DNA from: Azolla caroliniana
Lineage: Eukaryota; Plantae; Polypodiophyta
Length of the DNA: 64,000 nucleotides
Assembly (NCBI GenBank): GCA_043228905.1
Contig: JBHGNT010000020.1
Span: 5,084,001 to 5,148,000 of the forward strand
Reading direction: 5' to 3'
Of this stretch, positions 49,975 to 63,351 are shown in pieces (the stretch's first letter is position 1; each line of letters begins with the position of its first letter). Below the pieces are notes generated by a model that saw only the letters and a program-made list of their open reading frames with translations, was not told the origin of the DNA and ran no database searches. The position numbers and the translations under genes are program-made.

Positions 49975-52595
49975 ATAACACACATATGTGTACATATGTA
50001 AATTTGTAATCTCCCCCCCTTTCTTCCCCCATTTTTTTTAACAATTAGCGTTGATTGTATCATGTATGCATTATATGTATGTATTGTATGTGTTTTGTGT
50101 GTGTGTATGTTGTATATATGTGCATATGTAGATGTGTATATATGTATGTCTTGTGTGTGTATATATATGTACATATTGTATGTATGGCATGTGTGTATAT
50201 ATGTGCATATTGTATTGTATGTATTGTATGTATGTCATGTGAGTATGTAAGGTATGTGTTTTGTGTTTGTGTGTATGTTCTATGTATAGATGGATGGATG
50301 TAAGTTTGTAACATTTATACATGTATCATGGAAGGAATGTGTATGTATATACGTGCAACAATGTACGTATGTATATATATGTATGCACATGTATTTTTCT
50401 ACGCATTATTTATTTTTTCCTGGAAAATATCCTTTCATTAGTTACAAACAATTATTACAATAAAGTTGACCTACCGTCAAGCTACCATTGATATGTTGCA
50501 TTCTTCCTCAGGTCCCATCCCTCAAGGATAAATAGTATGAACACTCCACCACTCCTTAACCAAGTTATGTGATTGGTGGTGGGAACAACCATACTGGTGG
50601 TGCCAAGCACCATTAGGGTCTTGAATTTTGTAATGTGAGAAAAGGTCCATTCTTCCAATAGGCAATAAATTCAAGGTGTTGCAACACTGCAACATCTGTC
50701 TTAGCTTTAATATCCTCATACCGCCCTTTCAAGGTATGCACCATCTCCATCTAGACATTCCGTACACTTTCCACTGGATGAACAGTAGTATTACCAAACA
50801 CCTTAGAACACCTAGCAGTCCAAATAAACCACATTGTCTACGCATATTTTCAGTGAATGATGTATGTTTGTAAAATTTATAAGTGTATCAATGTAGGCAT
50901 ATGTGTGTATATATGTGTAGCAATGTATGAATGAATATATGTATGCCCATATATGAATGTACATGTGTGTATGCATATATAATGCATGTATGTGTGTGTA
51001 TGCATATGTCAATTTACATGATTCAATGTGTTGGATGTGTGATTGTAACATGTGCATAATATCTATGTATATATCTAATGTGTGTATGTGTATGTATATG
51101 TAGCAATGTATAAATGAATATGTATGTCCATGTATTAATGAACATATGTGCATGCACATATGCATATGGTATGTGTGTGTGTGTGTGCGCGTATGCATAA
51201 ATGCAACATTTCCGGTGTTATACCTTAAACCCCTTGGTCACCCTTCCTTTAGGTTTGATTGTACATGATTCAATGTGTATGGATGTGTGATTGCAATATG
51301 TGCATAATATTTATGTATATATGTACTATTTAGTGTATGTATGAATATATGTATGTACATGTATGAATGTACATATGCATATATATCTAATATGTGGAAC
51401 ATGTATGTATGTATGTATGTATGTATGTATGTATGTATGTATGTATGTATGTATGCATGTATGTGTATAGATTTATGTTTGTAAAACTTATATATGTATC
51501 ATTGTAGGCATATGTACATATATACATGCCACAATGTATGAATGAATATATATATGTCCATGTACGAATGTACATATGTGTATGCATATATACATATGTC
51601 AATGTACACGATTCAATGTGTATGGACGTGTAATTGTAATATGTGCATGATATCTATGTATATATCAAATGTATGTATGTGTATTTATATATGCACTATT
51701 ATAGCATGTATGCCCATGTCTGTGTGTGTGTATGTGATGATATGTATGTACATATGTAATGCATGTATGTATGTGTATGTAATATACATATGCAATGTAT
51801 GTATGTGTATGCATGTATATAATGTATGTATATGTGTATGGATGTATGTTTGTAAAATTTATATGTGTAACATTGTAGGCATATGTACGTATATACATGT
51901 TGCAATGTAGAAATGAATATATGTATGTACATGTACATGTACAAATGTACATATGTGTATATATGTAGTATGTAATGTATATATAATTTCGGGGTATTCT
52001 CGTGTTTAGCATGTGCATGGCTCATATAAGGGTGTATGCTTACGATATACACATAATATATATGCATATGTCCAATGTATGTGGAAGTATACATATATCC
52101 AATGTGTGTGTATGTATATTGTATGTATATATATAGAATATGTATGTACATATGTAATGTATGTATGTGTGTGCATATATGCATATGTCAATGTGCATGG
52201 ATGTGTGTTTGTAATATGTATGTATGTATGTGTATATATGTAATGTATTTATGCATGTATAATTTTGGGATATTTTCATGCTTAGTATGTGTATACGGAT
52301 GTATGTTTGTAACATGTATGTAATATGCATGTATATATCTTATGTATGTGTAAGTATACATATAATGGTATATCTAATGCGTGTGTATATATGTAAGCAT
52401 TGTAGTTTGTATGGTTCCGTATAATCTATAGACTATATATATGGTGATATGTGGAATATGCATGTGCATATGTAATATATCTAGTATGTATATATGTAAT
52501 GTATGTATGTATGTGTATGTAAATTTGTTTATTGTGTAAATATGTATGGATTATATGATATGTAATATCTAATTTATTTATGTGCATGTGTTGTG

Positions 52596-52660
<65 letters not shown>

Positions 52661-53090
52661 ATATATGTAACTTGTTTGTATGTGTGAAAATCTGTAAGAC
52701 ATATAATATGTAATCTTATGTATTAATATTTATGTGTATATATATATATATATAATATGTAATTTATTTATTTATGTAAATTTTTTGTGTTTGATATGTA
52801 TACATATACGCATTTGTATATAATTGTGTGTATAATGATATATGTGTGTAATATGTAATATATAAAATATGTTTGTAAGAATGTGTAGTATATATGTATG
52901 CATATGTGTGTGTGTATATATATACATACATACATACATACATATACATGCATACATACATACACATACACATGTGTGTATGTATATGTATGTATGCATG
53001 CATGAAAGAATGTATGTATATATGCTACTCCAAATTTGAGTATTGTTTGTATAATAATTCTTCACTATTTCATTAAAATATCTAATATTT
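49975..53090. repeat. Degenerate TA/TG/TATG low-complexity tract
   Basis: About 3 kb including pure (ATGT)n at ~51403-51453 and (TG)n at ~52598-52654, interrupted by a non-repetitive island at ~50460-50850. Confidence 0.9.
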
Positions 53091-56000
53091 CATGGGCTTT
53101 TGTAATTTTTTTTCTAGTACAATTGATAATACCCTTATGTAAATATATATTTCAAATATATACATTCTGTACCTCAGTGGCTAATTTAAACCCCTTTTGA
53201 TGAACTCAAGTGCTATCATACAAGTTTTGATAGTGAAGCCCCCGGGGACAGAATGCTACCCAAGGCGAAATCCGACTTGTCTGCTTCAATGATGAATGGT
53301 TTTTCTGGATCAACATGAGCTAAAATGGGAGCTGATGTAAATGCCTTCTTAAGACTCTCAAAAGTCATGTCCGTTTCTTCAGACCAAACGAATGATTGTC
53401 CCTTCCTGGTAAGTTGTGTGAGAGGCAGAACAAGCTTTGAGTAATCCTGTATGAACTTGTGGTAAAAATTGGCAAAGCCTAAAAAGCATTGCACATCTCG
53501 CAACGAACGTGGAGTCTGCCACTCTACCACTGTTTTGACCTTAGCTGGATCCATGGAGATGCCTTCCGAGGAAAAGACATAGCCCAAAAATTCTACCTGG
53601 TTGCACCTAAAACTACATTTTTCCAGCTTTGCATAAAGACCATGTTCTCGAAGTCGTTTTAGTACTAACAATACATGAGAATCATGCTCTTCTTGGGTCT
53701 TTGAATAAACTAGCAGATCATCCAAATAGATGATCAAAAAATCATCCAAGAGATCTCGGAATATATCATTTGCCATGTGTTAGAAAACTGTTGGCGCATT
53801 AGTGAGGCCGAATGGCATGATCGTATACTCGAAGTGCCCATATCTGGTGCGAAACGCAGTCTTCCATTCATCTCCTAGTCGGATCCGTACGAGGTTATAT
53901 GCTCCTCGTAAGTCGATCTTTATGAAGAACCTTGCACCATTGATCCGTTCTAAAAGACTTGAGATAAGGGGAAGTGCATACTTATTCCTAATGGTGACTT
54001 TATTCAATCCACGATAATCTACGGCGAGACGAAGTGATCCATCCTTTTTCTTGACGAAGAAAATGGGTGCGCCGGCTGGAGATTTCGAATGTCGAATGAA
54101 ACCATTTGCCAAATTCTCCTCTATATAGGCTCGAAGGATTTCTAGCTCGGTTGGTGACAAATTGCAGATCGGTCCCCATGGTGGCTCTTTTCCTGGTTGT
54201 AAATCGATGGGGAAATCATACGGTTAATGGTGAGGAAGCGTATTGGCTTGTACTTTATCGAACACATCAACATAATGACGATACTTCTCTAGAAGTTGAA
54301 CAGTGGACTCCTCTTTATTGATACTGGAGGGGTTTACTGATATTGCGAAGAGAAACATTCTTCCTTGCGTCCTTCCTCACACAACTGATGTAGCGAAATG
54401 GTTGCAATCTTATGAGTAGATCCTTGGGTTTGTCGACACCGTATTTCTCTTGTTCTCCAATCTATGGCTGGGCCATGTAATTCGAACCATGGTAATCTCA
54501 AAACAATGGGATGTTTTGGGATACTAATTATATTAAATGATACTACACATGCTAAGTTATCTAGGACAATATTAACGAGTTCTGACTCTTCTATAATATT
54601 TCCGGAAGCAATAGGACGACCATCAATGACTACTATAGAGGTTGGACACGAGAGGTTTTTTAGGGATATCTGATGAGCTTGGGCAAAATTCCTATCCATG
54701 AAGCAAGAGTTGGCTCCGGAATCTAAGAGTGCTAAGACATGTACTGGAGGAGTACTTTTAGTACTAATCATTACTTGAGCTAAGAACACATTGCTAACTT
54801 GCTTAGAGGAAATGGAACCACTAATGGGTTGCACAGATCTAGGGATGTCCAACCAAAAGACTCCTATTTTGGCTGGACTTAATCGTTTAACTCTTCTTCT
54901 AGTTGACTAATGATTTCAAATTTGTTTGAAAGGCTTGGGCTATTAGGACTATCAGACACACCTATATAAATAGACTCGGGTTTAGTACCATTAGTACTAG
55001 CGGTTATTGGATTTACCTGCCTTTTCGGCTGATGGGGACAGTTCATTGCAATATGCCCCGGTCCACCGCAATAAAGACAATCAATTTGCCCTGCATCGTT
55101 GCTTTTCTTCTTCCGATAGTGGTCCGCGACGATGCGTGGTGTCGATTTCCATTGGAGTCAGAGTATTTGTTGGAGACGTATTGAATGACTCCCTTGGGAA
55201 AGGCTTTGCTACGATTGAAGTGCACGTGGGCTCCAATCTTGTCCTTGGCATTTGGAACTGACGTTCCGAACGTCGTTCGAAGAGACGATTATCGCATCGC
55301 ACCGCACGACTGATTGCTTCTGTCAATGACTTTGGCTCCACGGGGAAAATTAAGAGTAAATCTTTAACTTCATTACGTAGGCCAAAACGAAATTGCTCCA
55401 TTAGTGCCTGGTCATCCCAAGGAATATCGGTGGTGTGAAGACGGAAATCCACAGCATAAGCCGAGGCCGACCGCTCACCTTGGCGCAATCTTCGGATTTT
55501 GTTGATTGTTGTTCTAACACTGTTGGTATCTCCAAAACAGGCTTTAAATTCAGAAATAAACTCTTCGAAACTATTTAACAAGGGAGAGCTTTTTTCTAAC
55601 AGGGGGGCGAACCATGCCAAAGCCGTGCCACTAAGTAGAGTGCCTACTAGTCCCACTTGTGATGCATCGGTGGGATATCGAGAAGGATGCATTTGAATGC
55701 CTAATCGTACCTGATTAAGGAATCCTGTAAACTGTGATCGCGTTCCATCGAATTTCCTGGGAAGGTCGATCTTGGGTTCTTTATGAACCCCTTGCGTACT
55801 GGGTCCTTGTTGTTGCATTGTTACTATGGTTGTTCCGAGCTGTTGCACGCGTAACGCTAGTTCCCTGTGTTGTTGTTGCATCTGCTGTATCTCTAAGGAG
55901 ATTTGTTGAAGCCCCCTCAATAGTTGTTGATTTTCTTGTTCCAATGCGAGAAACTTCTCTTTCAAGCATTGCAACTCCGAAAAAACAGATTAATATTCTT

Positions 56001-58237
56001 GAGCGCTAACAGTGGCCATAGTATGAGAGAAAAGAGGAATAAGAGATTAGTATGAAGGGAGGGAGAAGTAAGAAGATAAAGGAAAAGAAGGAAGGGGAGA
56101 AAATCGGTTCAAACTGTTAGGAGCAGTACTAAGACAGAGAAGGAATTAGTACTAAAAGATGAGGATTAGTACTAAGGGAGGTGTAGAACTCTCGAGAGAA
56201 TGAAAGAGTGAGGGAGTGAGAGAGAGAGAGAATGAGGATAACGAAAGATATATATTATGTTAAGGAAATATACAATAGTAGCTAGGAGGCTTAAGACTAG
56301 TGTTGAACCGATTTGGTTCGAAATAATGCCTTGTGCCTCCTTTTATAGTGTTCTCAAGAGTACTCTTGAAGTTTCTAGAATGTTCCAGAGAAATCTAGAA
56401 TATACATCAATTTTCTATAGTAAAACTTAAATGAAAATAATATCCTTCGTATTACAATACATAGCCTAATGGTAAGAGCTTGACCCATGCATGTAACATA
56501 AGGTCATGGGTTTGAGTCTTGCCATATCATGACACTCTATGGATTGAAACAAGCACCAAGGGCATGGCATAAAGAACTTTCAGAATCTCTGAAAAAAAAA
56601 ATTCTGCCTTTTAAAATGTCAAAGTTGATCCATCATTGTATGTAAAAAGGATAAATGATTGCATTGTTGTTATTTTGATTTATGTTGATGACTTAATCAT
56701 TGGAGGTAATTCCATGGATGAAATAAGAAAGCTGAAAAAAAAATTGGAAATGCAATTTCATATGAAAAATTTGGGAGAGTTGAGATACTTTCTTGGCATT
56801 GAGATGATCAGATCTGAAAGTGGTATATATATGTTGCAAAAATAGTATGCAACAACTATGTTGAAGAAGTATGGTATGCTTGGATGCAAACCTATTGGTG
56901 TACCACTAGATAAGAACTGCAAATTGAGGGCTGATTTGGGAGCCAAAATAGAAGATGTAAACATGTATAGGTCTATGGTGGGCAGCCTCATATAATTTGA
57001 CTATAACAAGACCTGATTTGTGTTATGTTGTTGGGTTAGTTAGCCAGTTTATGCAATAGCCAACAAAGCCACACTTGGACTGCATTAGAAGAATCTTGAG
57101 GTATGTAAAAGCTACTCAGAACTATGGACTGTTTTACAGGACTGATCTGGACATAAAGCGAGAAGGATATACAGATGTTGATTGGGCTGGAAGCAAAACT
57201 AACAAGAGATCCACAAGTGGATATATGTTTACATTGGGAAGTGCAGCTATTTCATGGAGTAGCAAGAAACAAGCTATTGTTGCACTATCAAGTACTAAAG
57301 CTGAATATAAAGGCGTTGCAATAGCTACCTATGAAGAGGTATGGATCAAACGATTGCTTTCTGATTTGGGAGAGTATATAGATGGTGCAATCACAATTTG
57401 GTGTGACAATATGAGTAGCATTCAGTTGGCAAAAAACTCAGTGTTCCATGCAAGAACAAAGCACATTGAAGTGCATTATCACTTTGTTAGAGAAAAAGTG
57501 ATTGATGGAGAAGTGGATCTATTGTATGTAACTACAAATCAGCAGGTGGCTGATATTATTACGAAGGGTTTGAGCATGGAAAAACATACATAGTTTAGAG
57601 ACATGATGGGAGTTATAACCATTGGCATGGTAGCTAAAAAGCATGAAGAAAGAAGATTGAACATGATCCCAAGAAAGGATAAGTTGAGCTGGAGGGGGAG
57701 TGTTGAGAAGCAAGCTCAACAAAGGTATGTGATGCTTATTGAGAAATTAGCTATAGTAGCTATTAGCCAATAGTGGACATAAAGGTGAAACAACTATTTA
57801 GCTATGCACAACTATTTAGCTACTGACAACTATTTAGCTATAGACAGCTAATTAGCTACCGGCAGCTAATTAGCAGCATATATAAGTCACTTATGTACTT
57901 AGGTAAAAAGTAAGTGTAGTAAGTTGTAAGAGAGTAGTTGTTAGAACAGAAAATAGAAAACTGACGAGAGCAAGTTGAGCTCTACGTGTAATGCAATAGA
58001 AGCTTTTGGACTTGTGCGAAGGTAAGTCTCCTTCCCCTTCCCCTTTCTGTCTTGAGCACTAAACGATCCAGCACATCACGATCCACTATGCACACAGAAG
58101 AGCCGTAGCACCTTCGTAACAGAGCTCCCATCACCATGTGATTGCTATTCTAGGCCCTATCCATTTCTAGCACCCGGTTGACAACTTCATCAATGGTGTT
58201 GGTCCAAAAGTTGAATACTGATAGCATCGTTCGCAAC

Positions 58238-61200
58238 CGTCGTGGGTTTTAGGGTTAGGGTAGAGGATGAGGATGAATGGTAATGGTGTAATGGTGAAAA
58301 TGATGGAGAGTATGATGGTGAGAGAGATCATGAAGATGTTGACAAACATTGAGAAGCATTGTGGGGTGGGGGGTGGTGCCTAGAATGGCTCCACCCCCCT
58401 CCCAAGGGGGTTCAACGTAAGGGAAGAGAGAGAGAAAGAGAGATGACAAGAGAGAGAGATTGAGAGAGAAAATGTTCATTATATTCATTCATTCCCCATA
58501 AGGGGTTAAATAGGTACAAAGGGGTAGATACACAAGGGTGCAAGCCCCCTTGGGCATTCCCACCTAGTCACTCTCACACCTCTTTGTATCCACCACACTC
58601 ACACTTACATTCACACTCATAATCCTATAACATTACACATACATATCAACGCATTACGTCTTTCACCCTCACTTATCACACTTATCAATCACCTGTACAT
58701 CTCCTACGGTAACACAATATGGCATGCCCGTGGGAGAGTGCCTTGCACATTGATCCCACATGCCTTGATCATAATCTTTCTTCAATTGCAATTTCCATCG
58801 GTCGTCTCAATGATTGACTCCCTCGATCGGAGCGCTTGACTTGAACATCTCCTTCGGTCAGCGACTTCATCGACACAAACATTCCCGTTATGTCGGTTCA
58901 CGAACTTCATCATGTGTCCAAAAGCACGTTGTGTGTAGTATGTGTGTTCTTCCTTTAATTTTGTGTGAGTTGTCGTTGTCGATCATGTCCATTTCTTTAG
59001 GTGGATGCGTTTTTAAATTTAGGTATTGTAGCCTCAAATTTTCTAAAATAATGACAATGCACTTTGATTTTGAAAATTCTATTATATACCCTCGAGGTTT
59101 TAAAATTTCATTCAGTACCCTCAGGGTTTCAATATTTATTACATGCCCCTTTTTTCTCTTTTTCCCTCTCTTTTTGTGTTTTGTTCTAGTTTTTCTTCTT
59201 CCTTCTTCCCGTTGGTCTGTATCTTTCTTTTGTTTCCTCCTCTTTCTGTCTCTCTCTGTGGTTTCTGTTTCTTCTTCCCTTCTCTCTTTCTTTTCTTCGT
59301 CTACTTTTCTTCTGAGGCTTCTAACTTCCACTCCTTCCTCTTCCTGTATGTTTGATCCTATATGTTTGTGTTTGTGTCAGTTTCTGCTTATACTCGTTGT
59401 TAATCCCTGGTCTAGTGAGTTATCGGCCTTCGTCGCTGTTTTAGGATTTCCGGCCATTCCGACAACCACGCCTGTTCTGTCGTCGCTATCTGGTTGCGAT
59501 CCGGTTGTTGGTTATTCTTGGTCGTTGATTGTTTGTTGTCCGGCCGCCACAACTTTGGTTGCCGCTCCGTCGCCATCCATCATTCCAGCCCTTACGACCA
59601 TCTCTCCGACACTTTGTCTGGCTTGTCTGGCCGCTCTTTAGCCATTGTCTCGATCACCTTTGTCTCCATATCTAACATCGGTGTCTCCATACTCCTTCGC
59701 TTTTCGGCATTTCAGTTGCCATCGCTTTTCTTTTTCGCTCGTCCTTCTTCATCCGGTCTCTTTCTGGTGTTCCTATCATCGTCGCCGGATCCGTCGCTTT
59801 TCGGCGTGGGTATCACCATTGTGGCTGTTGTCCATTGCCATCAGTGTTGCCTATTCTCAGTTGTCCGTCTTTGTCTTTGTCTCCATCGTCGTTCGGCTAG
59901 CTCCGTCCAATCCGGTATTGTCCGTTGGTCTTTGTTTGGTGTCTCCATCTTTGGCGCCGTTTCGGTTGGTGTCTCTTTTTCTGCCGCTTTCCACTGTATG
60001 ACCGCCACTCCATCCGGTCATTGTCTCTGTCTGACCGGGCCGCTGCTGGTCGGTCACCACTCTAACCATTGGTATGTGGCCACTGCCGTCCAATCATCGT
60101 CCTAGCTCCGTCACCGTTCCGACTGTTTGGCCCATTCCGGTCGTTGTTTGGCGGTTCTCTATCCAGCTCATTTGGCCACTTCGGCCACTATTCGGCTATT
60201 CCGATTGCTTCAGCCGCTCCTTGGCCACTATTTGGCAGCTTATCCGTCATTCCGACTCCGTCTCCATCTCCCGTTGTAGCCATCTTTGACCGCTGCTGTC
60301 GTCCTTGTCTGGCTGTCTCCGTTTTAGTTTTCCTGTCCGACTCCGTCATCGTTGTTCGACGTCTCGTCTGTTGTTCGACCTTCGTTTTGGTGGCCGCTTT
60401 CCGGCTCCAGCCTTTTCTGTCTTTGTCGGTTCGTTGTCGTTTTCTGGTTGTCGTCCGGTCCTTCGTCCCGGTTCTGTTGTCATCTTCGTCGGACGGTCGT
60501 AATTAGGCGTCGTCATTATCTCTGACATCTATCGGCTTGTCTGGTTTGGTCGCTCTCCGATTGCTACTCTATTGTCACTTGTTCGGTCCATTCTACCGCC
60601 GCCATTCCTCGACGGGTTCCAATCACCATCACCATTTCTCGCACATCATCGATTTGATTTCTTGCTCATTTCGTTGTTACCATGGCTTTGTCGCGTATTA
60701 GTCTTCGACTTCATCTTCAAAGGGGGGCCGCCTTAGTGGTCGCCAAAAAATGTTGTGGGTTTTAGGGCTAGGGTAGAGGATGAGGAAGAATGGTAATGGT
60801 GTAATAGTGAAAATGATGGAGAGTATGATGGTGAGAGAGATCATGAAGATGTTGACAAACATTAAGAAGCATTGAGGGGTGGGGGGTGGTGCCAAGGGGG
60901 TTCAACATAAGGGAAGAGAGAGAGAAAGAGAGATGACAAGAGAGAGAGATTAAGAGAGCCCAGATGGATGTAGCTCAGTTGGTAAGGTTGCCCAATTGAG
61001 ACCAGGTGGTCATGGGTTCAACCCCTACCTTCCACAGTAGCACCTAGTGAATTAAGAGATATATAAGAAGTATATAATAGAGAGTTGGTAAGGTTGCCCA
61101 ATTGAGACCAGGTGGTCATGGGTTCAACCCCTACATTCCACAGTAGCACCTAGTGAATTAAGAGATATATAAGAAGTATATAATAGAGAGGTGAGGAAGT

Positions 61201-61510
61201 TGAGTTTCGAACCCACAACACAGTGCTTGTATTTCTAACAACTTACCACTAAGGTAAGGTAATTACGATAAAAAAAAAGAGAGATTGAGAGAGAAAATGT
61301 TCAGTGTATTAATTCATTCCCCATAAGGGGTTAAATAGATACACAAGGGTGCAAGCCCCCTTGGGCATTCACACCTAATCACTTACACCTCTTTCTATCC
61401 ACCACACTCACACTTACATTCACACTCATAATCGTATAACATTACACATACATATCAACACATTACATCTTTCACCCTCACTTATCACCCATACATCTCG
61501 TATGGTAACA
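58238..61510 (-). mobile_element. Non-coding LTR element (LARD/TRIM-like)
   Basis: Direct LTRs 58238-58714 and 60751-61510 (the latter contains a SINE); PBS TGGCGACCAC 60745-60736; minus-strand CTATTTAA followed by a CT-rich tract supports orientation; 2-kb interior lacks gag/pol motifs; TSD degenerate (GCAAC/ATAGC). Confidence 0.85.
60958..61278 (+). mobile_element. tRNA-derived SINE, copy 2, with a 106-bp internal tandem duplication
   Basis: A box TAGCTCAGTTGG 60971-60982; B box GGTTCAACCCC 61015-61025; A9 tail; 14-bp TSD GAGAGATT(A/G)AGAGA (60944-60957, 61279-61292); empty site in the sister LTR at ~58455; AGTTGGTAAGG at 60977 and 61083. Confidence 0.92.
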
Positions 61511-63351
61511 ATAGCAGCTCCCGGAGTGCGGCCAGAAAGACCGCTTTTGCCTCGTCTTCCAGAGGTGCCCTTATCAGCTCATTGTGTAGTGTCTGGAACC
61601 GGATAACAAATTGTGGGGCTGTCTCATTCGGCTCCTGATAGACCGTATAGAATGGGCCGACTTGCTCTCTTTGCTCCACTTGTCGGTGGAACAATCGCAG
61701 GAATTTGTCCCGCAAGGGTTCGAATGTGGCGAAGCTCCCAAGAAGGTGCTTTTTGTGCCACCTTGCTCCTGGTCCCTCTAATGTCATTCCGAATTCCGCG
61801 ATCTTTGAATGTTGGACCTCTGCATTTGTCAACCGTTGCGAGGCATGGTTCGCTTCCCATGTCTGCAGGAAAGCATATACATGCGCCTATGCGTCTGGTT
61901 CATCCTAATACTTTGGGTATGGGTATGGCATGGTATCGTTGTTGAAGGGTAGTACTAGGGGTGGCGTCAGTGTCTGATTCCCTTCTTTCTCCGACTTCCG
62001 GTTCGGTGGTGGCATTGGTACGCGATCGTTCTTTTTCTCGAATTGTTGTTCTGGTGGTGGTGTTTGCGGTTAGCTGTTTTCTCCAACTGTTGGTCCTAGT
62101 TTGTCTCATGGCCCGACGGTGTGGGTAATGTTGTTTCTGCTTTTGGTGTCGGTGTATGCTCGGAACCATCTTCCTTTGGATTGTCCGGGGTGTCATGATT
62201 GGTTCGATAATTCGACTGCACGTTTTGCTCGCTGTCTGATTCTGACTCAAAGTTGGAAAAGGCTTCCGATTCTCTAGCGCCTATGGCGAGGGTTTGCAAT
62301 ATCAATTCTCCTTTTTGTAAACTACTCAGGCTACCGCCTTCGTCAATATATTGTTGGTTCTGCAACCGATGTGACTCCTCCGTGTCCCGCCGAATAGTTT
62401 TGGGAAAAGACCGGTCCTGTCGGATCTCCTTGGCTGCCTGCTGGTAGGCCTCCTGCCTCCGCAGTCTCTCGGCTAGTCTTCTTTCTTGTTTGGCGACGGG
62501 GTCATTTGTCGGTTTAGTCATCCATTCCCCGATGTTTACTGCGCTCTGCAGGAATCGTGGTCGCCAAAACTGTGCTAATCTTGGGCTGGAGTAGCCACTA
62601 ACATAGGGTGTCCTTCTGGATCACTTCACCAAAGGGGTGGTTACGGGGTTAATGCTTTTGACACAATTATAACTTTTTCCAACTAATTCCGGATTGGCTC
62701 CAGATTAACAACATACACAAATTGATTACACGCATAAGATAATACAGCAAGGAAAGAATAGAAAGTAAGTAGATACACAATAATCTTAAAGACAACTTTA
62801 CTTATATTAATTCCGCCCCTTAATACATCGTTCTTCGGATCGTTTTATAGGCATCTGGTTCTGTTTACAAAACGGTGCCATATTGGCCACCAGTTACTAA
62901 TAAGTCCGGATCCGGATCGGTGCAACTCTTCGGGATCCGTTCATTCCTATTTTAATTCTAGCTAATTAATAACTAATACTAATAACTTAAATTCCGCTTC
63001 TGACTTGTGCCCCACTTGTCTTTCATATTCCGGCCACCGGCCAATAGGTACCCACGAAAGTCACAGACCAAGAGGAGGCCAATAAACAATGGTCGTTTCA
63101 CGAATAATTGATAGTATGGCAATAACCGGCGCCACAAAGACCAACGACATAGAGAAGACACTAGAGCTGGCAATTGCCGATTTCTGCCTCTCAAGGATTC
63201 GAGGGACGATCGACGATCCAGGTAGACATCATTGTATAACCCTCGCCCAAAGAATGAACTTGTTCATCTACCCCCGCCACCACAAGCAGAACAAGGGGAA
63301 ACTAGCATAATTGATGGTGGTTTCAGATTCAACGTGATCAGTGAAGCTACT

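Larger units (their letters stand above)
46276..53246. mobile_element. 6971-bp TIR DNA transposon with 8-bp TSD, superfamily unresolved, carrying cargo
   Basis: TIRs CCTGGGGGCTCCACTAT / CCCGGGGGCTTCACTAT (15/17); TSD GACAGAAT (46268-46275, 53247-53254); removal restores host [18 protein letters not shown]. Confidence 0.9.
44073..56534 (-). mobile_element. Ty3/Gypsy chromovirus (Tcn1-like) #2, interrupted in RNase H by a TIR element
   Basis: LTRs 44073-44490 and 56115-56534; TSD CTCTA (44068-44072, 56535-56539); gag 55081-55974, PR LDSGAN, RT YLDD, INT, chromodomain YLVDWLGY..TWEP. Confidence 0.95.
43813..58121 (+). mobile_element. 5'-truncated Ty1/Copia (RT, RNase H, 3' LTR), split by chromovirus #2
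   Basis: [15 protein letters not shown]|GLKQAP restored across TSD CTCTA; IYVDDL; RNase H KHIEVHYHFVRE; PPT GGAGGGGGAG 57691-57700; LTR 57701-58121. Confidence 0.9.
58122..63065 (-). mobile_element. Ty3/Gypsy 5' part (LTR, PBS, gag), split by a nested LTR element
   Basis: Putative LTR 62571-63065 (TGTG..CACA); PBS TGGCGACCAC 62566-62557; gag EFGMTLEGPGARW..TFEPLRDKFLRLF..QEPNET..FLAALRE continues as LRTMLSVFNF..IDEVVNRVLEM left of 58238. Confidence 0.8.

Noticed and set aside
49975-53090. Many His/Tyr/Ile/Cys/Met-rich ORFs
   Set aside because: Artefacts of TA/TG microsatellite sequence that lacks stops in some frames.
58247-58260. Telomere-like TTTAGGGTTAGGG
   Set aside because: Only two units, part of an LTR, and altered in the sister LTR.
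58814-60528. Long ORFs of 275, 203, 147 and 145 aa in the non-coding LTR element
   Set aside because: Low-complexity T/C-rich sequence with no recognisable domains; overlapping frames on both strands.
58238-61510. Retrozyme (hammerhead ribozyme LTR element)
   Set aside because: No CTGANGA..GAAA core with flanking stems seen by eye; an Infernal search would be decisive.
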